A stretch of 64,000 nucleotides of DNA from Eledone cirrhosa (lineage: Eukaryota), in the NCBI GenBank assembly GCA_964016885.1, contig OZ024743.1, forward strand, positions 146,258,001 to 146,322,000, given 5' to 3'. Both the position numbers and the translations under genes were made by a program. Positions 43,763-56,855 of this stretch are shown here, one piece after another (position 1 is the first letter of the stretch; each line of letters opens with the position of its first letter). The notes under the pieces are model-generated. The model had not been told where the DNA came from. It saw only the letters and a program-made list of their open reading frames with translations, and searched no databases.

Positions 43763-44609
43763 AATCTCTATCTCTTAATTGCGAGTATATTTTTTTTTGA
43801 CCGGCCACCTTCCTGGTGGCAAGGTTGTAAAAGAAAAGAAATTGTCATCCCTTGAATCGCAAGAATATTTTGCAAATTTTGAAGGTGCCAGCTATCGCAG
43901 CCATTTGTAGACTATGAATTAGGGAGCTGCGCTTTTTGTCCGCAAATCCAAGTTCAGTCATACTTTGGTCCAAGCGGGTTGGTATATAATCCGTAGCTCC
44001 AATAATGATGGGTATGAAGCTAAAGGTGTATCTTGGATACTGGATTTGTAAACTCCTCATCAATGGTCCGTAGATGTCCTCCTTCTCCTGTATTTTTCTG
44101 ACAACGTTTACATCAAGTGGGCAGCTGATCTCCACAACAGAACACGTTTTCAATGTCAGGCCGGTTGTGCTTTAATTTGGGGGCAGTTTTTATTTTCAGG
44201 TTCCACCAGTATTCCTTAGTGCCATCTGTCTCAATATATTCTTCCTCGTTTGTTGTTAATTTTGTTTTCCGAAGTGCGTTCCAGATGGTTCTAGCTATCC
44301 CATCGTGTCTCATGGAGAGGTAGTAGCGAGATGACATTCTTTCGCAGCTGGCAACAATGTGGCTTACATCCTCGATCTTTGTTTTACATAGCCTACATTT
44401 ATTGTCAGCTGCTGGCCCTCCTCTTTTGTGCAGCAGATATTTGGTAGGGAGTTCTTGTTCCTGTATTGCATAGAGATATCCCTCAAGGTGTGATGTCATA
44501 AACTTGTCGGAACTCCATGCCAGGCCTTTTGAGTGGTTTATCCCTTCTGTGGTCTGTGTTTTATGTCTCAAGTATCCATGCACTACTTTTCTGTAAATTG
44601 GTCAATTTT
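43763..44609 (-). mobile_element. R4/Dong-like non-LTR retrotransposon, 3' fragment with RLE domain
   Basis: MHGYL, EGYLYAIQEQ, CCHC knuckle CRLC..HIVASC, RHD, NRPD, VVEISCP (ORFs 44113-44583 and 43845-44153); both ends lie in (TATG)n. Confidence 0.85.
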
Positions 44610-44642
44610 TATGTATGTATGTATGTATGTATGTATGTATAT

Positions 44643-45235
44643 ACTACTGGTAACATGTATCCCAGTACAACCTGTCTCATGGTTGGGTCGTTGGCGACTA
44701 AACTGGCAACCCCACCAAGGTTTCTTGGTGAGGAGGGTGACTTTGGACATCCTGCAGGACTAAAAACAAAACCTGTCAAAGGGCAAAGGAGCTCTTAAGA
44801 GTCAATGGCCATCCAAAATCACCGGGAGAGATGACCCCTTAGCCTTTGTCAAGACAGAATTCTAGGAGAAGGAAAACTCTGATATAACACCTGCAACTCT
44901 GATGGTATCCAATGATGTTGACTTGTTCTTCTTTTTAGTAAATATCATCTTGGTTAAGAGAGTGGGACTGGCTTTGTGCAATGCCTTTGCTCACTATAAA
45001 AGCTTCACGGCACAGGCATTGCTTTATATCTGGAGATCTCTCTGCACTTGTCCTCACATGGTACCATGGGACCAGCACTATGTGTCAATAATTGTCACAA
45101 GTGTAGTGTTTGTATCAGAGTTTTCAAGTCGCTGGCTGGACTAAAAAGTCACACCCGTTCAGCGCATCGGTAGGGGTTCTCCTACATGGATATAAAGTAG
45201 TGGCTGTACTCGAAAACGAGTTGGCAGCCACCATG
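44643..45235 (+). mobile_element. Non-coding ~600-bp retroelement with (ATGT)n tail, copy 1
   Basis: Homologous to 45475-46082; ctaggagaaggaaaactc motif; terminal hairpin ctcg-aaaa-cgag then cagccacc(atgt)n. Confidence 0.65.
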
Positions 45236-45474
45236 TATGTACGTATGTGTGTATGTATGTATGTATGTATGTATGTATGCATGCATGCATGCACACAAAC
45301 ACACATGAGCATATGCAGGCAGGCATGCATACAGATATGAAGGCTGGTGTGTATGTATGTACGTATGTATGTATGTATGTTCGTTCGTTTGTATGTATGT
45401 GTGGGTGTATGTATGTATATATGTGTGTGTGTGTATGTATGTATGTATGAATGTATGTATGTATGTATGTATGT

Positions 45475-46082
45475 CAGGTTACTCCTGAGTGGTACTGGTA
45501 ACATGTAACCCAGTACAACCTGTCGCATGGTCGGGTCGTCAGCGACTAAACTGGAAACCCCACCAAGTTTATTTGGTGAGGAGGGTGATTTTGGACACCC
45601 TGCAGGACAAAAAACAAAACCTGACAAAGGGCGGAAGAACTCATAAGAGTCAACAGCCATCCAAAAGTGTGTAAATATGTATATACACATGTACATATGT
45701 ATATACATGGGTGCATGTATATGTATATGCACGGGGACATAGAAATAGTTGGGCTGGGTACCCGATCGCGTGGTTAAACCACAGGGAGTGAAGGACCCCT
45801 AGCCTTTGTCAGGGCATTCTTCTAGGAGAAGGCAACTCAGGAAACTGGGATAACTCCGATATAAAACCTGCGGCTCAGTAGTTACCGATGATGTTGATCT
45901 TTTCTTCTTTTCGGGTTATAGCTACTGTCGCTCAAAAAGTGGGATTGGCTCAGTGCACAGTCTTTCCTCACTTTAAAAAATATCTTCACGCATAGGCATT
46001 GCACGATAGAATTAATTAATAATTATTAATAATGGTATATCGTGCAATGGCCATACTCGATAACGAGGGGGCAGCCATCATG
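45475..46082 (+). mobile_element. Same element, copy 2 (interrupted by a microsatellite)
   Basis: Colinear blocks with copy 1; hairpin ctcg-ataa-cgag then cagccatc(atgt)n. Confidence 0.65.
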
Positions 46083-46225
46083 TATGTACATATGTATGTG
46101 TGTAAGTATGTATATATGTGTATGTATATTTATTTATGGATATGTATGTATATATATATATATATGTGTGTATGTGTATATATTTACGGATATGTATGTA
46201 TATGTGTATGTGCATATATTTATGG

Positions 46226-46287
<62 letters not shown>

Positions 46288-46729
46288 CCATAAATATATG
46301 TATATATATATGTGTATATATATGTATATGTGTATGTGTATATATGTATATATATATATATATATGTATTTGTATATATATTTATGGATATGTATGTAAA
46401 GTTCTTTCTTTGAAAAGTTTTACTAACCATTCTGCTGACAGTACCAGAAAGCCTGAATGATTTTGGTTGTTGTCATTCATTTATTATAGCTATGACAGTA
46501 ATTTCATTTTAAAATGTTTAAAATATATATATATATATGGGAAAAAAGAAAAGAAATATAGAAAAATAGTTTGTTCGATTTGTGAAAGATCCATCAAATA
46601 ATATATTTATTGTCATATTGGAAGAACTTTAAACAATAATTTCAGTTCATAACAGAAAGGCACTAATTTCTTTTTTTGCATCCTTGCTTCAAAATGTCAA
46701 CAAAGTGAAGGATGACTAAACAAAAACTA

Positions 46730-47145
46730 AACACACACACACACACACACACACATACACATGCACACACACACACACACACATACACACACACAGATAT
46801 ACACACACTCACATACATATATACACATGCACGTACACATACACACATACCGACACACACTTATATACACACACAATCATACACACACAGAGACAAAGAC
46901 TCATACACACATATACACACAAATGCACACACACTCACATACACATACATGTTCACATACACACATATATATAGACACACACACACACAAACACACAGGC
47001 ACACACAAACATATGCAGAGACACATGCACACACATATCCTATAAAATTATACAAGCACAAGCACACATGCTACATGCTTATACATACACATACACACAT
47101 ATATACATATAAACATACATATACTTATATACATACATACTTACA
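46730..47145. repeat. Degenerate (CA)n array
   Basis: Directly visible. Confidence 0.95.
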
Positions 47146-48857
47146 TATGATGATGATGTTGGTGATAATACGTGTAGATGTAAATAGATGTGTACACATA
47201 TGAAGTAGAAGCAAAATGGTTGCGTGTTAACATATTTGACTACCAGTTCATGACCTCTGTTCAAGTCCACTACAGCACTTTCTTGTATATTTGGGTAATG
47301 TATGGAATTTTACAAGACACAGGTTTACTTAGATCTTGTGGCTATGTTAAGTAAGATAGATTGATATCTTGCCCATTGAACTGTGAATATTGGTAGAGTC
47401 ATTACAGTGCCAGAGAGAATACTTTGTGATATTTGTTTTGTAGCATTTGTGCCCTGAGTTCAAATCCTACCGAGGTCAACTTGGTCTTGCATTCTTTCAA
47501 GGTTGGTAAATGAAGTGCCTTTCATCCTTACGGGGTCGATAAAATAAAGTACCAGTAATGCACTGGGATAATTGCTGGCCTTGTGCCAAAAGTAGACAGA
47601 ATTATTTTTCTTTCAATCATTTCCTCTTGGGAAGAAATTTGCTCTGGTCAAACATGGACAGGAATGTCTTCCATCAGGTTTAGATTTTGTTTTGGTTCTC
47701 ATTGGGAGTTAAGGGCCAAAAGCAAATAAATTAGCAGAGCTGCTAATGAATCAGACAGATACCCTGCAAGTGTCTGTTTTGGCTCTGAGCATTTGGAATT
47801 CCTTCTTTTATTGGAAAATAGTAACACTTCTGTTAAGAGTTGTGACCCACAAATAGTATTAGCAATGAAAAACCCAATGGAAACAGTTCCTTAGTCTGAT
47901 CTGGAAAACTGTTTTCTTTCCTTTCTTTCCATTTTATTTTCTTTATTTTAAGTTTATTGAAATAGCTTATACTCTTACTGGTCCTATCCAATGAGCTGTA
48001 GCCATACTTGGGCTCCAGAGTTTTAGTGATGGACACTAAAGTCCTAAAAGTAAGCACTCTGCCAGCAAAGTTCATGAGACAATTTTGATTTATAGTTGAA
48101 GCCAGTACATTAAAAACAAAATCTACAGCAATTGAGAATGGTACGAATGTTATACAATATTATTCTCCTCTTTATAAATTCCTGATGTTGAGGAAGATAT
48201 GGGCATTGAAAGTAAGAGATTAAGATGACTGAGAGAGTAGTTGTGATTTAAAATACATGACCTGATATGTGCAGGGGCTGCACTGGTATTAACAGGTAGT
48301 GCAAATGGATTATGATGTTGGTTGAAAATAGTTTTGTGAAAATAATATATGGTACCTGTGGCAGAGAAAACCCCAGGGACAGGGACAGATGGGAAAAAAA
48401 TGGGGAAATTGGATTTCTGGATGTTGAGTCTGATGATACAAGATTGAGAGAAGTGATGAGAAGTGATAAAATGCTTTGTTCTCAGGATGAGAAAATGGAT
48501 ATTAAATCAATATTGATGTAAAATTCAGAAAGTTTGAGTTTTAGATTAAATAGCTTACAGTATTTAGAGTTAACTGTGTTCAAGTACACTGGAGTCAACT
48601 TTGTTTTTCATCCCTCTGAGGTTTATAAAGTATAGGTAATAAATTGATAATAATCAATTAGAATTAGAAAAAATTGTTTCTACTTTAAAAGACAAAGAGG
48701 TGAATTGGTAGAGTTGTTTGGGCATCGGATTAAAAATTCCTTGTATTTGTTCTGATTCACCGTGTTTTATGTTCAAATCCTACCAAGATCAAAACCGACG
48801 GAGGTGCATTACTCCTTATATAAAAAATAGTGAATTCTAATCTATGTATGTATGTAT

Positions 48858-49195
48858 TTATGGTCCTGTAAATCACGAGGGAGTTGTAGGGGCACCATAT
48901 TGACATATAACATTTCTAGGGCATTTTAAAAATCTGGCAAAGCTCATCTCCTCTTCAGGTCTGAATACAGCAGATTTCTTCTAGAGGAGGATAGAAAGTG
49001 AGAGGAAGGAAGTGAGAAAGAGATATAGAGGAAGAATCGACCCCAGTACTGGATTGGTACTTTTTTTAATGACCTCGAATGGTTGAAAGGCAAAATTGAC
49101 TTCAGCGGTATTTGAACTCAAAAAGCAGAGAGCAAAAATGAATATCACAAAGCAATCTATCTGACATTCTAATGACTCTGTCAATTTGGCGCCTT
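48858..49195 (-). mobile_element. SINE with family A head/body and an alternative 3' tail
   Basis: Tail segment shared with 57247-57528; ends acaggaccata followed by CATA-like repeats. Confidence 0.65.
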
Positions 49196-49231
49196 CCTAA
49201 ATTAAGTAAAAGGCCACAAGTTATGGACGAG

Positions 49232-49282
<51 letters not shown>

Positions 49283-49284
<2 letters not shown>

Positions 49285-49602
49285 CATTGGGCTTGCAATC
49301 GAAAGGTTGTGAGTTCAATTCTCAGACCGGGTGATGTGTTGTTTCCTTGAGCAAGACACTTTATTTCACATTGCTCCAGTTTACTCAGCTGTAGAAATGA
49401 GACGATAGGGACTGGGGTCCATATCATTCCACTGCAAAGTGGTCGTGGAGGTGCCACGGCAAAAAAGCACCGAGTACTCACTGTAAATGAGGTTGGTGTT
49501 AGGAAGGGCATCCAGCTGTAGAAATCAAGCCAGAATCAGTTCCCGTCCCACCCTTGCAAGCAGGGAAAAGCGGACGTAAAATGAAATGATGATGATGATG
49601 AT
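49283..49602 (+). mobile_element. Family B SINE
   Basis: Near-identical to 53112-53423; (GAT)n tail. Confidence 0.85.
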
Positions 49603-49617
49603 ATATATATATATATA

Positions 49618-50831
49618 TCATCATCATCATCATCACCGTTTTACGTCCGTTCTTCCACGCTAGCATGGGTTAGACGGGTTGTCCTGTTGTGGGCAGTGTC
49701 TGGTCAGCTGACCATGCGTTGCTCATACAGGAACTGATTTTGGCTTGATTTCTACAGCTGGATGCCCTTCCTAACACCAACTTCATTTACAGTGAGTGCT
49801 GGGTGCTTTTTCCATGGTGCCTACACGTCCACTTTACAGTGTGGGCTGGGTGCTTTTTTGCCGTGGCACCTCCACGACCACCTTGCAGTGGGAGGGTGTG
49901 GGGCATATTGTCTATATGCTTCAGCTTGTACCTATGGGAGGTCGGGTACTCTGTATTACTGCGTGACGCCAGAGGTCACGGTCGTGTGTCATCGCCTTTG
50001 AGAGGTGTAATTGGGTAAGGTCGGCTTTTATCACCTCATCCCAGGTCTTCTTGGGTCTCCCCACTCCGCGGTTTCCATTGACTTCTGGTGCTCTGCACCT
50101 TTTTATGCAGCTGTCATCCTTCATACGCATCACATGTCCATACCAACACAACCGCCTCTCCTGCACACAGCATTTGAGTCCTCTTATGCTCAGTCTCTCT
50201 CTCAATTCATTTATGCTTTGTCGTTCGCGTATATTACTATTACACATCCATCGGAGCATGCAGGCTTCGTTTCTTTCTAATCTACGTAAGTCTTCCACCT
50301 TCAGTGCCCAGGTCTCACTACCATGTAACATTGCTGTTTGGATACACGCATCATACAGTCTGCCTTTCATTTTGAGGGAGAAGCCTTTTGCAGCTAGCAG
50401 TGGCAGTAGTTCCCTGAACTTCTTCAATCCCGTTCTTACCCTAATTATTGTACTTTCTGAACACCCACCTCCTCTGCTAATTCGGTCACCTAGGTAGCAG
50501 AAGCTGTCTACTGTTTCTACAGAGATTGGTGGTACTTGTTTCCTGTGGCTGTTTGCTGCTTGCTGTCCCAGCACAGCTGCTGCATGTGAAGCCTACATTC
50601 TTAATTAAGCTTCCTGAGATCCCGCTACATCTCTTGTGTACCCATTGTTTGCATTTGGGGCAGAGAATGGAGTTCCTACCTACACCTTTCCTACATACTG
50701 AGCAAGGCCATTTCCCTGAGGGGATCTGGGTTCTGTTTTCTCGTCTACTTACAAGGACCTTAGTCTTTGTCATGTTGACTTTGAGACCCTTTCTTTCTAG
50801 TCCCTGCTTCCAAGTTTGGAATTTCTTCTCT
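49618..50831 (-). mobile_element. 5'-truncated RTE LINE, second subfamily
   Basis: KWPCSVCRKGVGRNSILC PHD, MLHGSETW, WYGHVMRM; frameshift near 50520; (GAT)n tail. Confidence 0.9.
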
Positions 50832-51282
50832 ATATATAAATATATATATATAAATTCAAAGGGATATATGGATATAATTAGACATAGTCACAGATACATA
50901 TATGAGTTTGGCTACCTTTCATGGTGTGGCTCAATGAAGAATTAATTAAGCAAATAATCATTAATCAGAGCTATATATAAAATTGCAAGTTTGAAGAATT
51001 ATTAGATAAAATATATACAGTATTTCCTCTTCCTAGTCCGTATAAATCAACCACATAAATAATTATTTAAATGAGGCTATAAGTTTAAAATGTAACTATG
51101 AGGAAATAATAGACAAATGTTACAGGCTATCTTCTGCGATGGACAGCCAGATAAAACATTTACCTAGTCATTCCTTTTAGCCCGTAGAAATTGACTTGAC
51201 AAATAATCAACTACACGGAGTTAGGTATAGAATAGAAGTTTGAAGAAAAAATGCATATAAACTTTACCAAAATTCCTCTAGT

Positions 51283-51364
51283 CTCGACTACCGGTAGTTT
51301 CGTTCCTTTTCTGTAGATATACCCAATCTTGGATCTATCCATGAGGCTTGGAACTCATCAAGAG
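51283..51364 (-). ncRNA. Hammerhead-like motif with variant core TTGATGA and extended stem II
   Basis: CTC-TTGATGA-GTTCC...GGAAC-GAAA-CTACCGGTAG-TC^GAG; palindromic stem III. Confidence 0.65.
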
Positions 51365-51525
51365 GAAATACTGTATATATTTTATCTAATAATTCTTCAA
51401 ACTTGCAATTTTATATATATATATTTATATGTATATATATGTGTGTGTGTTTGTGTGCATGCATGCATATTTGATATATATATATATTTGGATTGCCTCG
51501 GAAACATAACCTTATTATGTAAGAA

Positions 51526-51600
51526 GCTGTCTGATGATGTCACAGCACTGTGTACACCGAACCGTGTGGCCACTGTCGTCATTGAAATATGTATCACAGC
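51526..51600 (+). ncRNA. Type-I hammerhead motif
   Basis: GCTGT-CTGATGA-TGTCACAG...CTGTCGTCATT-GAAA-TATGTA-TC^ACAGC. Confidence 0.7.
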
Positions 51601-51902
51601 ATTATCATTAAACGACTTTAACATCTGAAACTACTTCGCTTTTTCTTATTCGATTCTATATATATATATGGTTGGTGTTAAGAAGGGCATCCAGCCGTAG
51701 AAAACCTGCCAGATAGTCCTATATGAGCGAGACACGGTCACCCGACCAATCTTTCCTTAAGTGGAACAACTCCCGTCTAACCCATGCTAACATGGAAGAT
51801 AGACGTTAAACGATGATGACGATGATGATGATACACATATACATATATATTGTGACAAAATAAAGTAGCTGTCTTTTATAAGATATATTGAGTATAATGA
51901 TA

Positions 51903-52056
51903 AAATAATAATAATTGTTTCTACTATTGGCACCAGGCCATCAATTACCCAGTACATTACTGGTACTTTATTTTATCGACCCCGTAAGGATGAAAGGCAA
52001 AGTTAACCTTGGCAGGATTTGAACTCAGAAATCCCGCCAAGGTTAACTTTGCCTTT
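51903..52056 (-). mobile_element. Family A SINE with fold-back end
   Basis: aaaggcaaagttaaccttggc ... gccaaggttaactttgccttt. Confidence 0.75.
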
Positions 52057-52652
52057 AATAATAATAATAATGAAATTATTTTGTACAGTACTCGGGTGCA
52101 CTACAACTCATGAAAGGTGCATGTATAATACATAGAATAATGTACAAATGTCAGGAAAGTGAACAGTGTATGAGTCATGATATACATGTGTGTGTGTGTG
52201 TGTGTAGAGGGGGGGGGGGTATCAGGTGTAGTGTTGGCAAATTTCAGGAAGCATGGAGGTTTTAAAGGATGCAATGTCTTGGCAGCTAACAACTGATGCA
52301 GGTAGTTTGTTCCATGCTTCAGCAACTCTGAGCGTGAAGAAATGTTTGCGAAAGTCATTGGAGCTGTGCTGTTTTTTGATTTTGTAGGCATGCCCACGTG
52401 TGTTAGACACATGAAATTAAAAAAAGGTGCTCAGGGTTGTTGTTGGCAAGATGGTTAATAATTTTGTGGGTGTTTACCAAGTCAGTTTCCAGATGTCGGA
52501 GCTTCAATGTATCCATGTTCAGGGAAGCAAGGCATTCAGAATATGGTAGATGCCTGATGGAGGGTATTCGCTTGGTTGCATTTCCCTGAACAGTTTCCAG
52601 GAGGTCAATATTTTGAGCAAGATAGGGGTTCCAGACTGGTGATGCAAATTCT
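52057..52652 (-). mobile_element. CR1 LINE 3' fragment, same family as 1834-3398
   Basis: SNTRGHAYKIKKQHSSNDFRKHFFTLRVAEAWNKLP; (TTA)n tail. Confidence 0.88.
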
Positions 52653-53111
52653 ATGATGTATTAAAACACACACACACATATTCATAGGCACACAAGCACA
52701 AACAGACGCATGCACATACAAACATATATATATTGTCACATGATTATATAATCGATGGTTTGCCTTTCATCCTTACGGGGTCGATAAAATAAAGTACCAG
52801 TAATGTACTGGGATAATTGCTGGACTTGTGCCAAAAGTAGAAACAATTATATAATCGATGGGCTTTATTAAATGAGTTCTGCTGCTATCTTTCTCTATAG
52901 TACTGATGAATGTAACTGTCGAAAGATAGTGTTGTAATTAATAACAAAGAGCAACTCCATTCTGTTCAGAATTTTCTGAGTGCTGCTGCTGAATAAAATA
53001 GGACTCAACTACTCTAACTCTCTGTCTGTTGTGTACTTGTGTATACATATCTTTGTGTGTGAGAAGTGTGTGTCTGTATATATGTGTGTGTATATATATA
53101 TATATATATAA

Positions 53112-53423
53112 GTGGTTAGAGCATTGGGCTTGCAATCGAAAGTTTGTGAGTTCAATTCTCAGACCAGGTGTTGCAAGACACTTTATTTCACATTGCTCCA
53201 GTTTACTCAGCTGTAGAAATGAGATGATAGGGACTGGGGTCCATATCATTCCACAGCAAAGTGGTCGTGGAGGTGCCACACAAAAAAGCACCCAGCACTC
53301 ACTGTAAATGAGGTTGGTGTTAGGAAGGGCATCCACCTGTAGAAATCAAGCCAGAATCAGTTCCTGTCCCACCCTTGCAAGCAGGGAAAAGCGGACGTAA
53401 AATGATGATGATGATGATGATGA
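53112..53423 (+). mobile_element. Family B SINE
   Basis: Partial tRNA head, CORE-like body, RTE tail, (GAT)n. Confidence 0.85.
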
Positions 53424-53554
53424 TAGATATATATTTATATATATGTATATATATATATATGTGAGTCCCGTGTCCAATCGAGGGGTAACCATAGTAAGTA
53501 AGGTACTCAATACATTAGTAGAATGTATACAACAAAATTGAATATAGAAATGGC

Positions 53555-53599
53555 TTCTACAAGACTAAAACTGTTTCATTCGAAGGAAATCATCAGGAA
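53555..53599 (-). ncRNA. Type-I hammerhead motif, diverged member of the 6284 family
   Basis: TTC-CTGATGA-T-TTC(CTTC)GAA-T-GAA-ACAG(TTTTAGTC)TTGT-A^GAA. Confidence 0.75.
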
Positions 53600-53622
53600 A
53601 GAATATTATATATCTATATATA

Positions 53623-53809
53623 TAATTGTTTCTACTTTTGGCACAAGGCCAGCAATTACCCAGTACATTACTGGTACTTTATTTTATCGACCCCGTATGG
53701 ATGAAAGGCAAAGTTAACCTCGGCGGGATTTGAACTCAGATCATAAAGGGACGTAACTATGCTGGAAAGCATGTCCGAGCCTCTACCGATACTGCCAATT
53801 CACCGCCCT
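53623..53809 (-). mobile_element. Family A SINE
   Basis: A and B boxes, body, tail. Confidence 0.85.
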
Positions 53810-53871
53810 TATCTATATATATAATAGTAAATATATTGAAGGCCATATGCAGTTATATGTAGGTTTATATC

Positions 53872-53951
53872 ACCATGATATATTTTGCTGAGGCCGACAG
53901 CTAGGTAGGGCTTTTCCCACTCACTCTGTCGACCCAAGCTCATCAGATGGT
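53872..53951 (-). ncRNA. Hammerhead motif with GAAA changed to AAAA
   Basis: ACCAT-CTGATGA-GCTTGGGTCGACAG...CTGTCGGCCTCAGC-AAAA-TATA-TC^ATGGT. Confidence 0.65.
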
Positions 53952-54788
53952 AGAAAAATATTTAAGCAACTTTAAATTTTTCTATGATACAGGGACTGGC
54001 GGTATGTGTTGGTTCTATGTGTGCTAGCCTCTGTATGATACCTAGCATTGGGGTGGAAGTGTGTGTCTGTCCCCTATCTCAGATCACTTCCACTGGATGT
54101 CAAAAACATCAATCATAGTTATAGGAACAAATTCTGCAAGTCACCTGCTTCTCCCCCTCCTCTCTACCAAGTGGAGGCGGAGATAACTGTGAAAGAGGGG
54201 TTGAAATATTATAACTAAAAATATATATTAAATATAAATTGAATTGAGGATTAAATTAAATTAAGGGGATTTATTAAAAATCGATAACGTTATAGCTTAA
54301 CAAGAATATAAAGTAGTTATCATAATGGTTACCTGGGCTATAAAGTGTTTATGGAAGGCATGGGAGTCCTTCTCCATCACTATATGTATGCTCTACTCTA
54401 GCCCAATGGAGTGAATTCATATGGCTAAAGCCTCAGCCAAGCAGGTTCATGCACTCGATGAGTGAAGTGTCAGAGTGAAATCTTTCATTATAAAGGAAAT
54501 GTCCAGGGTGAGGCCAGGATTGTCAGAATATACCCCCAACTTGCCGCAGACAGCAGTGAAGCCAATCGAGATCTCCGGGTCAGTGTCTCCAACCAATACT
54601 TGTGAGTGATGTAAACAATAAAATGGAGTGACCGTTAATTGCATAGGCTGACCTGAAATAACTTAAAGATAAGAATAAAAAACAAAGGTAAATTAAAATA
54701 AATTAAATTAAAATATGGTCAGAAATGTAAAGATCAAAGGTTACAATATAATAAGATATAATGGGAAAATGAAAATGAAACATGAGAC

Positions 54789-55000
54789 AAAATAGAAAAA
54801 TAGAAAAATAGAAAAATAGAAAAATAGAAAAATAGAAAAATATAAAAATATAAAAATAGAAAAAATATAAAAATAGAAAAATAAAAAAATAGAAAAATAG
54901 AAAAATAGAAAGATAGAAAAATAGAAAAATAGAAAAATAGAAAAATAGAAAAATAGAAAAATAGAAAAATAGAAAAATAGAAAAAAAAAAAAATAGAAAA
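54789..55000. repeat. (AAAAATAGA)n 9-bp tandem repeat
   Basis: Directly visible. Confidence 0.92.
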
Positions 55001-55179
55001 CAGACAGTGAATGACTTGAGATCATACAAGAAGTAAATTAAAATGTACATATAATAAATACAATAAAATAGCTTGAGATAGCACACAATGATAACTAAAC
55101 ATAGATACAAATATAACTAAATATATACAGAAAGAAATAAGGAGAATGGAACAGGAAATTATCGAGATAGTGACCAGAT

Positions 55180-56855
55180 AACTTCTTTGACATCACTATG
55201 GGGTCAAGTGACTCTGCACAAGTTACTGACCTTGTGGGAATTTACTTCCCACACAAGCTAAAGGAGGATTTACCCTCTCTGCAAGGCGGCTTATACAGAG
55301 ACGATGCTCTATTTACTGTAGATAACTTTAATGTAGATAACTTTAACAATCGAGATTCTTAAGAAGCATTTGCATAAAATTTAAAAAAGCTTTGGTCTTT
55401 CTATCACAATTGAGCCTAACCATAATTTCCTTGATGCTACTTTAGACCTTGATACAGGACTCTACCGTCCTTATCGTAAACCTGGTGAGATCTTAACTCA
55501 TATTAATAGCCTTTCCAACCCGGCCTCTATTCTTAAATCTATTGTAATGTCTATTTCACATAGAATCTCTAGGCTCTCTGCAAATGAAAACATATTTAAC
55601 GAAATAGCATGGTACTAAAATGAGGCTCTTTCTAAATCAGGCTATAAGGATAAGATTTATTACCTACCTGCTGTTCTATCCACCCATGGATTAAGTAATT
55701 GTTTCTACTTTAGGCACAAGGCCAGCAATTACCCAGTGCATTACTGGTACTTTATTTTATCGACCCCGTAAGGATGAAAGGCAAAGTCAACCTCGGCGGG
55801 ATTTGAACTCGGATCGTAAAGGGACGTAACTATGCTGGAAAGCATGGCGTCCGACCCTCTACCGATACTGCCAATCCATAAGTAATAATTATGTAATTGC
55901 ACAGAGTTGTCTCTCTAGTAATAAGAGATTTAAAAACCCTAATAGAATAAAACCGGTCTCCTTATAATGGTGTGCTACCTACTCCTAGCAATGAGTTCAG
56001 GATTAATTCTAATAGACACTTTAACCAAAAGCTTTCCTGTAATACTAAGAATTCATGCACTACTATACATGATAACTTAAAAAATACTCTAAACATACAT
56101 ATAAACCCTTCTAATACTGCTAGTACTCAATGCCGAAATAGATCTCGTAATCTGTCCTGGTTTAATCCTCCTTTCTCCCATAATGTAGCATCTAACCTCC
56201 CTAAAAGGTTCTTCTCCATTTTACGCAACAATTTCCTTCCTAGCCATAAGTACTATACATTATTTAACACAAATAATGTTAAGATTTCTGTCTCTACTAC
56301 CCCTAAGTTGGCCAATTATATTGCTTTTAATAACCATTAGAAACTAAAAAAAACATAGTGCCTCCCTTTCTGTTAATTTACCTCAACCACTTAGCCCTTT
56401 ATATACGAATAATTCTAACATTAATAGTTATTCTTTTAACTCTCCTATCACCTCACCGTCAAATAATATGCCTACAAATTCTATCCCTTTACAATCTCTA
56501 CCATCTCAAACCGTAACTGTAATTGTAGAAATCCTAAAAACTGCCCTCTGAATGGTCAATGTCTTACTAATAATATAGTAAATAGATGCACTGTTAAAAC
56601 CCATAATGATACTAGAACGTACATTGGAACTACTGTTAACCCTTTTAGGACTCGTTTTAATTCTCATAGACATTCGTTTAAGAATAGTAGTTTAAAATTT
56701 TCTACTTCTTTAGCCAGACATATAAATACATCAAAACTCTCTAATATTGAATACTCTTTAGTCTGGGATATCTTAGCTAAATCCTCTCCTTACAAAGGTT
56801 GTAAAGGTCATTGTGATCTCTGTTTATCAGAAGCTTATTTCATAACTATGTGTTA
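55180..56855 (+). pseudogene. Penelope-like element RT and C-terminal GIY-YIG endonuclease, degenerate
   Basis: FDITMGSSDSAQVTDLVG, GLYRDD, NFLDATLDL..YRPYRKP, RISRLS, WFNPPFS, CNCRNPKNCPLNGQC, YIGTT..FRTRFNSHRHSF, CDLCLSE; multiple stops and frameshifts; SINE A inserted at 55696-55878. Confidence 0.88.

Noticed and set aside
47833-48521. Short ORFs in unique-looking AT-rich sequence
   Set aside because: No motifs or splice structure; lengths are within chance expectation.
52885-52930. CTGATGA..GAAA as a type-III hammerhead
   Set aside because: Stems I and II do not pair.
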